Shown here piece by piece: positions 1 through 10,570 of a DNA stretch of 64,000 nucleotides (positions within the stretch are counted from its first letter, which is position 1; each line of letters starts with the position of its first letter). The DNA lies in the NCBI GenBank assembly GCA_964036045.1, contig OZ038378.1, positions 162,192,001 through 162,256,000 on the forward strand. Direction: 5' to 3'. The stretch is from Eutreptiella sp. 'Long Island Sound 2002' (Eukaryota; Protista; Euglenida). The position numbers and the translations under genes were made by a program. A model generated the notes under the pieces. It ran no database searches, was not told where the DNA came from, and saw nothing but the letters and a program-made list of their open reading frames with translations.

Positions 1-807
1 GCAGGTGCACTATGAGGTGTCCAATCGAGATGATCATCTATTGGACAGCCAGGACAGGGGTTTGGTTTGATGTTGCGCGTACCAAAAGCCCGCCCCCTGC
101 GACAGCCCCCCCCACCCCCACCCTGCTGCAGTGAACTTGCTGACAAACAGTGGCTGGGAGTGTCTATGGCGAGGGCATCCAGCACAGTCTTACCGACCAT
201 TTGAAGCCCACCTTGCACAGTCTCCCAGTGGGGGGTGTCGCTTGCCCCAAGCGTCCTCTGATTACAAGGGAGTAGTCGTGGAAAGGTCGCGTTTACAGGT
301 TTAGGTCCTCATGCATGCCCCCCTCCCCCCCCCCAAGGGGCCTGGGAGGTGGAAGGATGGGAGGGTGCAACAGGTTGTTAGGCTTGATTTGTTGTCATTT
401 CATATTTCCACTGATGGATTTGCCATTTTCACTATTGAAACACTTGTATTTGTAGTCTGTTTAGCTGCCACAAATGCCCTGACGGCACACCTTGCGAACC
501 CCTGCTCTCATCGTGCAAGATGGCTCAAATGATCTCCACCACACAATCGGAGCCAACACCAGAATTGGATATTGATGTAATTGTTTTGGTGGGGTTGTGG
601 TTGTGGGGGGCTCTGAAGCCCGATCTGTAGTCAAATCCCAACGCCGAAGGCGCCATAGGTGAACCCTGTGATAACAGTTTCACATCGTTGCCACAGGTTG
701 CAACGTTTGCAATGGGTGTTCGACCCACTCCTGATTTATTAGGCGTGGTCCAGTTTGGACAAGTGACGTCCACAAATGTGGTGAATTCCGATTGTCTGCC
801 CCAACAT
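1..807. repeat. Segmental duplication, copy of 21291-22097 (continues past the left window edge)
   Basis: Same sequence at offset 21290, no differences seen by eye; identical 73-aa ORF translations at 311-532 and 21601-21822; identity ends after ...ttgtctgccccaacat. Confidence 0.95.
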
Positions 808-2059
808 AACCGTGGCTGGTTGTCAGATGCCCAATCATCAAAGAAGTTGAACGGCCAGTGGAGAAAGCCTTCTTCTTTGGGGATGCAGTTGAGTGCCAAG
901 TGCAGTGGGGCCCGTGAACCCACATTTGTGGATGTGGATGTAATTTTGCTGACGGTAGTTTTTGGGAAACGTGACGAAGTTTCAAAGACAATTTCCAATC
1001 AGACACTTCGGCCTTTACTCAGTTCCACCACCGCAGACATGTGCCCATTGTACACAAAACGTTGTTATGTGATCCATCAATCCGCCCCTGTTTTGCATGT
1101 GCCTCTTACTTGCTTCCTTGCTTGCTTCCGGTGCAACACAGAAGTCACTACACCCGTGTAGACAATTACAAATTATTTCGTCTGCCGTGGAATGGGCTCC
1201 GCGTGCCACTGTTTCTGGCAGGAACATTTGGCCTTGAAGAGCTGCGAAAAATGTTGGCCAACCCCATACCCCACATGCACTCTTGCAGTAATTTCAAGCG
1301 ACTCATCCAGACACGGGGCGCTTGCATCCGACCCAATGTCAGGCAAATAGAATTCAGATCCTCGTTCTCGCTCAAAGCAACGCTTCGAGGACAGGGGGAG
1401 GACCCAATCCAGACTAGATGTGGCATGGTGCAACAACTGGGGATCAAGGCATGCCAGACTTTTTGCAGGCACCGCAGGCACCACAGGGTTTGCCTTCCCA
1501 CGCCCTACCAAAGGTGGAACCCCGGCTGTGACGTTGGGAATGCTCTACTTGGTTCAAGATTAAGCGGGTCAACAATGCCTGTGTCCACCATACCTGTGTC
1601 AACAATGCTCAGGTGAGCAATGTCACCCAATCCATAGGAAAGAATTGCCTGGCCCCACGCGCAGACCAACACCAGCATACCCTGCAGACATTCCCTTAAG
1701 ATGACATGCACAAACAGCACAATGATGAAAGATGACGTAGATGCACCATTAAAACTGGCTTCTTTCTTGGGTGTGTCCCTGTATACCGATCACGACCTCC
1801 ATGTAGGAAGGACCTCAGGCAGCCAATGTGCAGGATGTGTGAGTAAGGGGCTGGTGGGCGGGGGCCGCAAACACATTCAACAACATAGAGCGGGTCTACA
1901 GCAGGGCAATAGCGTTCTCGAACCGTAGATGCTCAGTCCCATTAGAGTCCATGCTCCCAACATCAATCTCATGTACAGTGAGCTCTTCTAAACGTACAGC
2001 ATTCACCTGAACGATCGGTCATTGTCTCCTCCCTCTCCTGAAGTTCATTACGTCGCTCC

Positions 2060-2880
2060 TTGTTTTGTTTTTTTTTTGTTTTCTGTCCGCCCTCAGGCGT
2101 GCATATACATACGTGGGGTGGGGGCACCTGGACATTTCTTGTGGTCTCGCATGTTGCTGGCACCCATTCGGCCAAACCTCAAGCCCATGCCTCAGTGTGC
2201 TGTCTGGCTCTAACCCTAAACTATTCCCTCCCTGGGTCAGGTCAATACAGTGAGGAATCAGTGTCCGTACTGCCCATGGAGACAGTTTCATTTGCTGATG
2301 TGATGAGGTCATCCTCATCCATGAATTGCAGTGCGCATACTACAGACTGGCTATCGTCAGATGAGACGTCCGTAACTGGGGACTCAATAAGCTGCAGGCC
2401 CAGGGACCGGAGGGCCCCCACGGCTCCTGTCGGTGTGTAAAAATCAAGGGCTGAGTCAAATTCCAACTGCCTGTTAGGGGAGGGAAGTTTCCCTCCTTGT
2501 GTGGCCGGTGTCACCTGGGCAAACCCCAGGTCGGCATCACATGTCACTGGGGTCATTTCCACACTAAACTTGAGTGCTGAACCTGTACCTACAGACGGTG
2601 GCCCATCTGGGTCACCATGTGACGAAACCGCCATTGGCGTGAGCAATGCCTGTGGCTGTCTGCCTGCTCTGGCATACAGTGGGGAGGATTTTCGTCCCAA
2701 CTCTGCCAGTGTGTCTGCTCTTTCATTTCCTTCCACTTGGACATGACTGGGGACCTTTATCCATTCATAGCTTGCTGAAGCTGAGTGGGCAGGGGGGTGG
2801 GGTGATCTGTGCTGTGTGCTACTGGTATGGCAAATTCACCAAAAACAGGCTGAGTTGTAACGCCCCCTCCGAAATGGCTT
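2060..2880 (-). mobile_element. Decayed 3' end of an RNase H-bearing retroelement (probably non-LTR)
   Basis: Reading upstream of the listed 2242-2736 ORF gives SYEWIKVPSHVQVEGNERADTLAELGR, the C-terminal RNase HI motif (W..V.SH....GNE.AD.LA..G). In-frame stop about 25 codons upstream; acidic tail to a stop at 2242; A-rich tract on the minus strand at about 2060-2083. Confidence 0.65.
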
Positions 2881-4014
2881 CTTGGGAGACTTGACAACAA
2901 TGGACGGGGGAGACCCCGAGGGCATCGCGCATTGGAGAGACCCCGAGGGCATCACGCATTGGAAGGGGAGGGGGGCGGGGGCGGCAGGGGTCCAAGCGGG
3001 GAGGGGAGGCAGTGGATGGATGGATGATATGAGCATGGCGCGCGGGGGGGGGGGGGGTGCGCTTCCCGGGACCCAGGGAGTAAAGCTCTGGCCGCTCATC
3101 GCCGCAACCGGGTGGCAGGGGGAGGGGTCCACGGGGGCGGGGGGCTCCATCTCCAACATGAACCAGGGGAACAAGGCTTGCTGCGAACACCAATGCAAGC
3201 ACACACCCCATTGCCACCACTCCCTGACCCCCGTTTTGTGGCCCCTTTTTTGGAACAAAAAGTGTTATCCCGAGGACGACGGTTGCCAAATTCAACCTTT
3301 TTTCAGCAAAGCCGTGCTCAAGGCAACCAATTCGCATTGTGTAATTTTACAATCGGATTTGCCAGCATTGTCCCCTCGAAATAGCCGTTTTTCTAGAGTG
3401 TTGGGTGGTTTCAGGCCAAACAAGCTTCAGCATAGGAGACATAAGACGAAAGTGCTACTGTACATCATCTCCTTGATGTGGCCATATCACGAGGTCTTCA
3501 AGACTCCCCGCAGCCCCTCAAGCTGGGATTGTTGTCGCACAGGTTCACTGTTCCTTATGGTCCGGCGTGTTTTGTCGCGGCCAGGCAGCCGCTGCATACT
3601 ACTCAACAAGGTAACCAAATGCTATCTTGATGTGGATATCCCAGACGGCGCACCTCTGTAGCGTCCATGACAGAAGCTACTGCAGCACCTTTGTGTGAGG
3701 ACGCTGTTACGGCTGTTTGCCATGCGGACACACGCTTGGGGTTCGAATTCAGCACCTTCCTGCTGCACTCAATGCACTGATGCAGGGGTCACATAGCTCG
3801 GCGTGGCGTCAATATGTGCGTCTCCGCTGCCGGACTGAGCAAGAGGGGGGTAGCAAAAGGCGGTGATAAACTCCCCGCACAAAAGGGCAGGGGGGACCCC
3901 CCTAAGGCGAGCAAAGCAGACAGCACTCGGCGAAGCAACTCTTTCCCTGATAGCAGTCAGAGCAGAAGACGTGTGCCGGCCGGTTCACCGGGGTATCTGC
4001 CACTGGTTCGAATT

Positions 4015-4441
4015 TTCATAGGGAAACTGTCCGCATACCAGGGGGGGGGGGGGACAAGTTTGCCGGGGGACAGTTTCAGAACAGGATAATTTCGGAAGGG
4101 GGGGGGGTTTCGCCACCTCCAGGAATCCTGAAGCTTGCTGTTATTTCCTAACGGGCTCTGGATGGTTCCTCTTATTTCCTGGGCACTTTCAAAATCCTGG
4201 GCAACACAGCATTCCAATGCATTCCAGTCACACAAGCACCGCATGTTGCAAACAACGACATCTTTGAACCTTCCCTCCGCCTGGTACACTGCTGCACATT
4301 TCTGAATTAACAGTGCTCACCTCCGTCTGAATTTGGTGTGAAGTTGTTGGTCACCCGTCACGAAAAGTTCGCCTGGGGGGAGGAATTTTGCCACTTTTCT
4401 TGACGGCGAAATTCTCCCCTCCCGAAATTTTCCCTTCCCCT
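4015..4441. repeat. G-run/AAATTTC-type dispersed repeat, loosely related to 38030-39010
   Basis: Shares ggggaaaatttcggc-like and cgaaattttccc motifs in inverted arrangement with the 38-39 kb element. Confidence 0.35.
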
Positions 4442-4816
4442 GTACGCTTGTCTCAAGCATGAACGAACAACGACTGGGGTATTGCGCCTGCTGTTTTCGC
4501 CGTTGCTGTGCCCGATGGGCTCCTGCGGCTCTGGATGGGCTCCTGCTGTTCCGGTTGAGCTGCTGCTGTTCTGCTTGCGCTGCCAACCGACCTCAGAGTC
4601 CCGTCCATCTCTTATCCAGCACATCAGCGAGAGCTTTTCTTGCTGGGCGATCCGCGGTTCTCCAAACGGTGCGCCAAAGCCGCCGCACCAGCGAGGGAGG
4701 GTTCCGGGCTCTGCGCATCCCCCCAAAAGTGCACCCTCGCACTCAATTGGTGGGAGGGCGTTGGGGGTGGCACTACGCAAGCCCAGCCTCCCAGGCACTG
4801 AAGGTGTGCGACCGGG

Positions 4817-6067
4817 TCACGCGACGTAGTGGCAAATCGGGGGCGCGCTGGAGCTGCCGTCGGGCGCGCAGCACACGACGGTGCCATCGAGCGTGAGGTG
4901 GAAGTGGCCCTGGCCCTTCTCGACCACGGCCTCCAGCCTCTTGGCCCGGGTCAGTCCCAGCATGGGCTTGCGGAGCACGTTCACGAGCCTGACATAGGCC
5001 TGCCTGGGCGCCTTAACCCGCTCGTAGTCCGCCGCATGCTCCTGCCTCCACGCCTCCCAGAGGCCCTTTGCGGGGCCGGGGTCCGGGGGGGTCGTGCGCG
5101 CGTCGTGAACCGAGCAGGTGGTACGAAACCGGCTCCATGTCGTCTTGGAGGGCGTGAGGTAGTGCAGTGTGTAGCCCTCCTCCAGCTCCAGTTCCGAGAC
5201 GGTCAGGCCCAGCTTCTTGAAGGGCACCGCGGCCGCAGAGGAGTCCTCGCCGTACTGCACCACGACCCACGTGGGCTGCTGCTCGGCCCTGTACCACTCG
5301 TCCCGCACCTCCTCGGGCACCCCCTCCGCCAGCATCTCGTGCTGCTTGTCAGCAACGAACCGGGTCCACACGTCCTCGAGGGTGTCAGTCCTGCTGACGT
5401 CGACCGAATGGAACCCCCGGAGGTAGACTGTGACTGTGAGGTCTGGGGCCGCGGTGGGCACTTGCCGGGCCCGGGCCCTTGCCTCGCGCGCGCGTTCCTC
5501 CGCATCGAGCGCTTGCTGCCGGGCCTTGTCTTGCAGGTGCAGGTGTTGCCTGCCGAGCTTGCGCGGGTAGTCCCGGTCCAGCATTGTCCGCACTTTCGTA
5601 CGGATGCTGAGCACTTTTCTGCGGACCGCGCCCATTCTCCTGTATCGCAACTGTCCCACCGCCCGTTGGGCCGCGTTCCCCGTTCCGTCTGGGCCATAAG
5701 CGGCGACGCAGATTCCCCACTCCTGCAAGTACTCCGCGAAGGCGGCCCGGGGCACAGCGGCGGCGTCGGCATAGCCCGTCATCTCCTCCATGACTCTCGA
5801 CACATCATACCTCCACCCGTCTTTCATATGTCTCGTGTCACCCCTGGGGCCCACAAGGGCCTTGAGCCAGTTGTCCAGATCAGCCCGTGAGATGCTGCCA
5901 TGGCCCTTGCTGTCAACGAGTTCAGCAATGATCTCTGGTGTGGCCATGTAGAAGTCCACTGTCATGTATCGGGCCCCCCTCGAACAGCAGCAGTAGAAAG
6001 CCACAGCACCCGAAGCACCCAACAGCACAAGGGCCGGAACAATAAGCCATTCCCCGGGTGCAGCCAT
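4817..6067 (-). CDS. Hypothetical protein (~416 aa): N-terminal hydrophobic anchor, EF-hand-like loop, ubiquitin-like segment
   Basis: Open frame with strong GC3 bias from MAAPGEW (ATG at 6067) to the stop at 4817. TM-like WLIVPALVLLGASGAVAFY then CCC; ELVDSKGHGSISRADL resembles an EF-hand loop; LTVTVYLRGFHSVDVSRTDTLEDV...LGLTVSELELEEGYTLHYL resembles a beta-grasp fold. The upstream 6068-6439 extension is CT-rich low complexity and probably non-coding. Confidence 0.75.
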   Translation of the reverse strand: MAAPGEWLIVPALVLLGASGAVAFYCCCSRGARYMTVDFYMATPEIIAELVDSKGHGSISRADLDNWLKALVGPRGDTRHMKDGWRYDVSRVMEEMTGYADAAAVPRAAFAEYLQEWGICVAAYGPDGTGNAAQRAVGQLRYRRMGAVRRKVLSIRTKVRTMLDRDYPRKLGRQHLHLQDKARQQALDAEERAREARARARQVPTAAPDLTVTVYLRGFHSVDVSRTDTLEDVWTRFVADKQHEMLAEGVPEEVRDEWYRAEQQPTWVVVQYGEDSSAAAVPFKKLGLTVSELELEEGYTLHYLTPSKTTWSRFRTTCSVHDARTTPPDPGPAKGLWEAWRQEHAADYERVKAPRQAYVRLVNVLRKPMLGLTRAKRLEAVVEKGQGHFHLTLDGTVVCCAPDGSSSAPPICHYVA

Positions 6068-6939
6068 TGCATTATGCCATGCTGGCAACAGCTGAGACCA
6101 CATTCTGAAATGAGCTGCAGCAGCATGTGGAGGAACCGGTTGGTTAGGTTCTGGGCACATGACACAAGCATAGCAAAGCCCCTGGTGTGTCTCTTCGAAT
6201 CCCAAATCCAAAATCCCAGAGCAGAGGACAGGAAGGGGTAGTGTAGGGTGGACAGATGGCAGAGAGAAGGAGGAGAGAAGGGGCAAGAAAGAAAGGCAGA
6301 GGGGAGGCAGAAGAGAGAAGGAGGGAAGAGAACATAGGAGGAGGGTACAGCAGGCGAGGGGCAGAAGAAGGAAAGAGAAGGATGAGAAGGAAGGGGAAGG
6401 CGCACCATTGCATGTGCAACAGAACAAACAACTGGACAAACACAGTCAGAATCCTAAACTTAAGTTTACATCCATAAACTGAGGTTCTTTGTCTGGTACT
6501 GTGAGAGACTGCCTCTCACACGGACCAGAAGGTCAGATGTATGATCTGAGAAATCTCATAGTTGGCCAAGTGCTGAGAAGTTGAGGGGCTAGGGTGCATA
6601 GGTGCCGATATCTTTTGCTGGAAAAACAAACCTTCAATTCCTTTGTCTTATTGGAACTACAATTTGTAATGCCTCGTGCACACAAGAATGCATTAGAATG
6701 TCCGACAGCCATACCAAGATTCCCCCCGCTTTGGGCCCTGGGGGGATGTTTGCCCGGCGCGCTACCTTTGCATTAAGTATCTTGGCTCTAGCCCCAATTT
6801 TATCCTCACCCAGGGAAGTCCCCGAAGTAGACGGCACCGGACCGCAAACCTTCCATGCAAAGCACGTTGCATAAGCGGAAATGCGAGAATTCAACAACAC
6901 AAAATGTCACCCAGAATGTCCTTAATGAATAATATTATT

Positions 6940-8483
6940 TTTTTTTCTTCCGACACTGGTGAGTTCGGCCATCAAGGCAGACAGTGTACTTAGGCAGCAA
7001 CGGCCTAGAGGTATGTACAGTAAAGTCAGCTTAACCAATGGGTGGGATGCGGGTAAGGCAGTTCTCCACAGAGGGAGAGCCCAATGGGGGCGCAGGACCT
7101 GTATGTACTGTACACTCCATGCAGGTGGTGGGGCCTGCCACGACCACAGAGGGTCAACACCTAGAAACTGTGGAGTTGTGACTAGATCAAAAACTAAGAT
7201 CAAAGAGTGACTAACAGTCGGGAACTATAGGGAGCCCTTAGTGCAGAATCGAAAAACTCATACACTGGGGTGGAAAGTGGTTGCAGGGGTGTACCCCTCA
7301 ATGCAGAGCCGATACACTGGGGCGGCATCAGAAGTGGATCTCCCGAATAGGGGACCCAGTGAGTTGAGTGAAGGGGAGGTCAACGCCGTCTCTATCGGGT
7401 GACCCCGTAAGCTGGACAGCAGCCGGACTAGGGGGGTGGAAGCATCGCCGTTTACAGACACGGACATCGGGGGACAGCGGGCGCCGACGCTTTAACTGTA
7501 GAACGCGCAGGGCCGCCAACTCGCTCTCCAGATATTGGCCCTTCTCTCGCCAGGCTACCTCCTGCCAGTGTTCCGTGACTGTGACCCAGTCGCCCCACTG
7601 ACGCGCCAAGAGGCGCCCAGTGCTGAGGCCGACGTACTGGGAGTGTAGCCGTCGCTTCAGGGCAACTGACGATTCGTATGCCTCCTTGTGATGGGAGTGA
7701 ACCAGTTCCGCATATGAGGATCGGATAGACCGGGATGTGCTGGAGAAAGCTGCCCTGTATAAGCGTTCAACCTCCCCCATGCACGTATGGAGCCACTGCT
7801 CGTGGGCCCTCATGCGGTAGGCCATCATGGAGGCCCATGTCATGTATTTCTGATGGGACATGGATGCATGGTGCAGAGTGGCACCCCCGATGGTGCGTGT
7901 CTGACGCTGATATACCCCCATGAGGGCGGTGGCCAGTTTGAGTGTAGGTAGGTAGGAGAGGGTGTAATTATGATATGTGAGCAGGGCCCGAGCCATGCTC
8001 ATCTTGGCATGCATGGCACCCTGGAAGCAAGACGTGCGGAACAGGTATCAGGCTGACAGCAACGGAGCCCTCCACGCCGAGACCATTGCGCGCAACCAGA
8101 CGGTGGTCTTGCAGGCCATATGAAGTAGAAGTGTGTAGGATCTGTAGTGCGCCTGTAGTTCACGGCGTATGTCTCTCCAGAGGGTCTGTAACTGAGCCAC
8201 GGACCTCATGAGGAAAATTTCCCCCGGGAGGCCCCGACGGACCAAGGGAGGCCGGCGGGGGCCTAGATTTGAGGGGGTAGACGGGTTTGACACATAGTCG
8301 TGGACCGTGGCCTGAAGCGGCGGACTCAGAGAGGAGAGGAGACGGAGGAGCGTACAGGCCGTGCTGTTAGAGTAGGGTTGCTGCAGGATGTATGACGCAC
8401 GGGTGTCAGGGGACGACCGCGGTCGCTTGGGACCGCGCTTGTTGCGCCCTCCCTCCCGTGGTTTGTAGTGTACCTGCGCCCGT
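6940..8483 (-). mobile_element. 5'-truncated polyA-tailed retro-insertion (LINE-like) with a ~25-bp target-site duplication
   Basis: aatgtccttaat(g/a)aataatattatt at 6915-6939 and 8484-8508 flanks the insert; T9 run at 6938-6946 (polyA on the minus strand). The reading frame runs from about 8480 to 7328 with a single in-frame TGA at 8048-8050, then decays. Confidence 0.8.
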
Positions 8484-8490
8484 AATGTCC

Positions 8491-8720
8491 TTAATAAATA
8501 ATATTATTCCCACAAGTGTGGGTCTCAATACATTCACAACAATAGTGTTCCTTACACTCACCACAAACTGTGATGGTGGAGCGATTGTGACAACACAAGG
8601 CACACACTTTTGCCTCATCCTCTCCCTCATCTTGCGCGGCGGCTGAGTTGCTCTTGTCCGTCCAAACATGAGGCGGAACATGGTTCCATGTTCCCAGAAG
8701 CGCACGGCGTACGTACTTCG
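8491..8720 (-). pseudogene. Harbinger-like transposase C-terminal fragment with B-box-like zinc finger
   Basis: Translates ...EDEAKVCALCCHNRSTITVCGECKEHYCCECIETHTCGNNIIY*, homologous to the 15460 and 26867 ORF ends. Confidence 0.8.
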
Positions 8721-8744
8721 GCTTCCTTTGTCACTCAGTAGTGG

Positions 8745-8970
8745 CTGCTTAACCCCTATCGTCTCGGGGGCCACATGCGGGCGGAAATGGCTCATCACCC
8801 CTGCCTTCTCGGGGGTCCCCACATGGGGACAAAATCAGAATTGGCTACCCCACACCTGCCTTCTCGGGGGTCCCCAATAGAAGGGGACAAAATCAGAAGT
8901 GGCTACAGCAACCCTGCCTTCTCAGGGGCCCAGACATGGGCGGATTGGCTACTTAATCCTTGCCTCATAT
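8745..8970. repeat. ~60-bp degenerate tandem repeat family (cccctgccttctcgggggtcccc...ggggacaaaatcagaa.tggcta)
   Basis: 3-4 units here; related units at 10800-10985, 11290-11420, 16380-16440, 27500-27560, 37590-38020 and 39050-39345. Confidence 0.85.
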
Positions 8971-9592
8971 ACGGCACGAAGTCGCCCCCCCGTACCTCGG
9001 AGGTACGGGGGGGGGGGGGTACCGGGGGGGGAGGGGTACGGGGGGGAGATATAGGGGGGGTACGGGCGGGGGGGGGGGGATACGGGGGGGGATGTACGGC
9101 CATGAGGCAACGGAAACTGGGCTCGCATACGCCCCCGTGTCACAGGCGCATGGTCATAACCACATTGTTCAGTGGGATGTACGGGGGGGGGGGGGGTCAC
9201 GGGGGGGTTTGGCGGTTCTCACACAAGGCGGCACACACAGCAGGCGGTACACACACAAGGCGGTGCACACAAAAGGCGGTCTGTAGCCACCGCAGGAGTC
9301 TTGTTATTTAAGGGGCCATGGGCAACGCGGTACATAGGGGGAATCTTTGCACTGCGCGCGCACTGCACGCGCACTACGCGCTACTTTTAGACTATGTTCC
9401 CCCCGAAGAGCCCCCAAGCAAACCCCTTGGAAACGCCCTTAGAATTAGGTGACCCAAACTGCCCCAGCTCAAGAAAGTTGAAAACTACCTTCCCTTCACA
9501 TAACACACATCATGCACAACTGGAAAGGCCATGAACAGCGCATTGGTCGCCACCCTCAAGAACACACAACTGTCTTCCTGTTCCATTGTCAA

Positions 9593-9760
9593 CTAAGTAC
9601 ACATGGACTCCATCTTGCATTGGCGATTCACCACCCGTAGTGCATCTTGGTAGTACTCCAAGTGGATGAGCCCATCTCCCGCCATCCCAACCACCGTGGC
9701 AGGAACTCGCACGCCGTTGGAGCGGGTGTAGAACACCCGATCGCCAAGACTCAAATCCAT
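9593..9760 (-). CDS. Small SH3/Tudor-like beta-barrel ORF (55 aa) inside mobile DNA
   Basis: MDLSLGDRVFYTRSNGVRVPATVVGMAGDGLIHLEYYQDALRVVNRQCKMESMCT; the G-D-x-V...A-x-V-V...I-x-Y pattern suggests an SH3-like barrel; a homologue lies at 25612-25790. Confidence 0.45.
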   Translation of the reverse strand: MDLSLGDRVFYTRSNGVRVPATVVGMAGDGLIHLEYYQDALRVVNRQCKMESMCT

Positions 9761-10039
9761 GAAGAAAGTGCGTCTAAGAAAGGAGGAGGGGGGTATGAAG
9801 TCCTGTAGCATATGTGCAAGCACGATAGATCAATGTGTGCACACGAGCATTGCGCCTTGCCATGCCTTGACACAACCATGCTACGCCTTGCCATGCCTTG
9901 ACCCAAACGTGCTACGCCTTGCATAACCTTTGCTAGGGGTCACCATGATGCCCCTAGTATCTCAAAGTATGGGTCTCCAGTACGGCCAGGCGCCCAAATA
10001 GTTGCACTGCGCGCGCACTGCGCTTGAGGCTCCCCCATA

Positions 10040-10570
10040 TAGAAGGCGGTACACACACAAGGCGGTGCACACAATAGGCGGCCTGTAGCCACCGCAGGAG
10101 TCTTGTTATTGAAGGGGCCACATGCAAGGCGGTACACACAAAAGGCGGTGCACACAAAAGGCGGCCTGTGGCCACCGCAGGAGTCTTGTTATTTAAGGGG
10201 CCACAGGCAAGGCGGTACACACAAAAGGCGGTACACACACAAGGCGGTGCACACAAAAGGCGGCCTGTAGCCACCGCAGGAGTCTTGCTATTTAAGGGGC
10301 CACAGGCAAGGCGGTACACACAAAAGGCGGTACACACACAAGGTGGTGCACACAAAAGGCGGCCTGTAGCCACCGCAGGAGTCTTGTTATTGAAGGGGCC
10401 ACAGGCAAGCCGGTACACACAGAAGGCGGTACACACACAAGGCGGTGCACACAAAAGGCGGTGTGTAGCCACTGCAGGAGTCTTGTTATTTAAGGGGCCA
10501 CACGCAAGGTGGTACACACAGAAGGCGGTACACAGAAGAGGCGGTCTGTAGCCACCGCAGGAGTCTTGTA
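10040..10570. repeat. Minisatellite, ~83-100-bp units built from aaggcggtacacac(a) submotifs
   Basis: About six recurrences of gcca(c)cgcaggagtcttg(t)tatt(t/g)aaggggcc; a solitary unit at 9215-9330. Confidence 0.9.

Noticed and set aside
158-167. gagtgtctat resembles part of the euglenid spliced leader
   Set aside because: Only 10 nt match, without the flanking T-rich SL sequence or a donor site; compatible with chance.
525-998. Ankyrin-like PLHLA in a minus-strand ORF
   Set aside because: Single short motif without repeat periodicity or codon bias.
4829-5890. 353-aa plus-strand ORF
   Set aside because: Antisense shadow of the GC3-rich minus-strand gene; no motifs.
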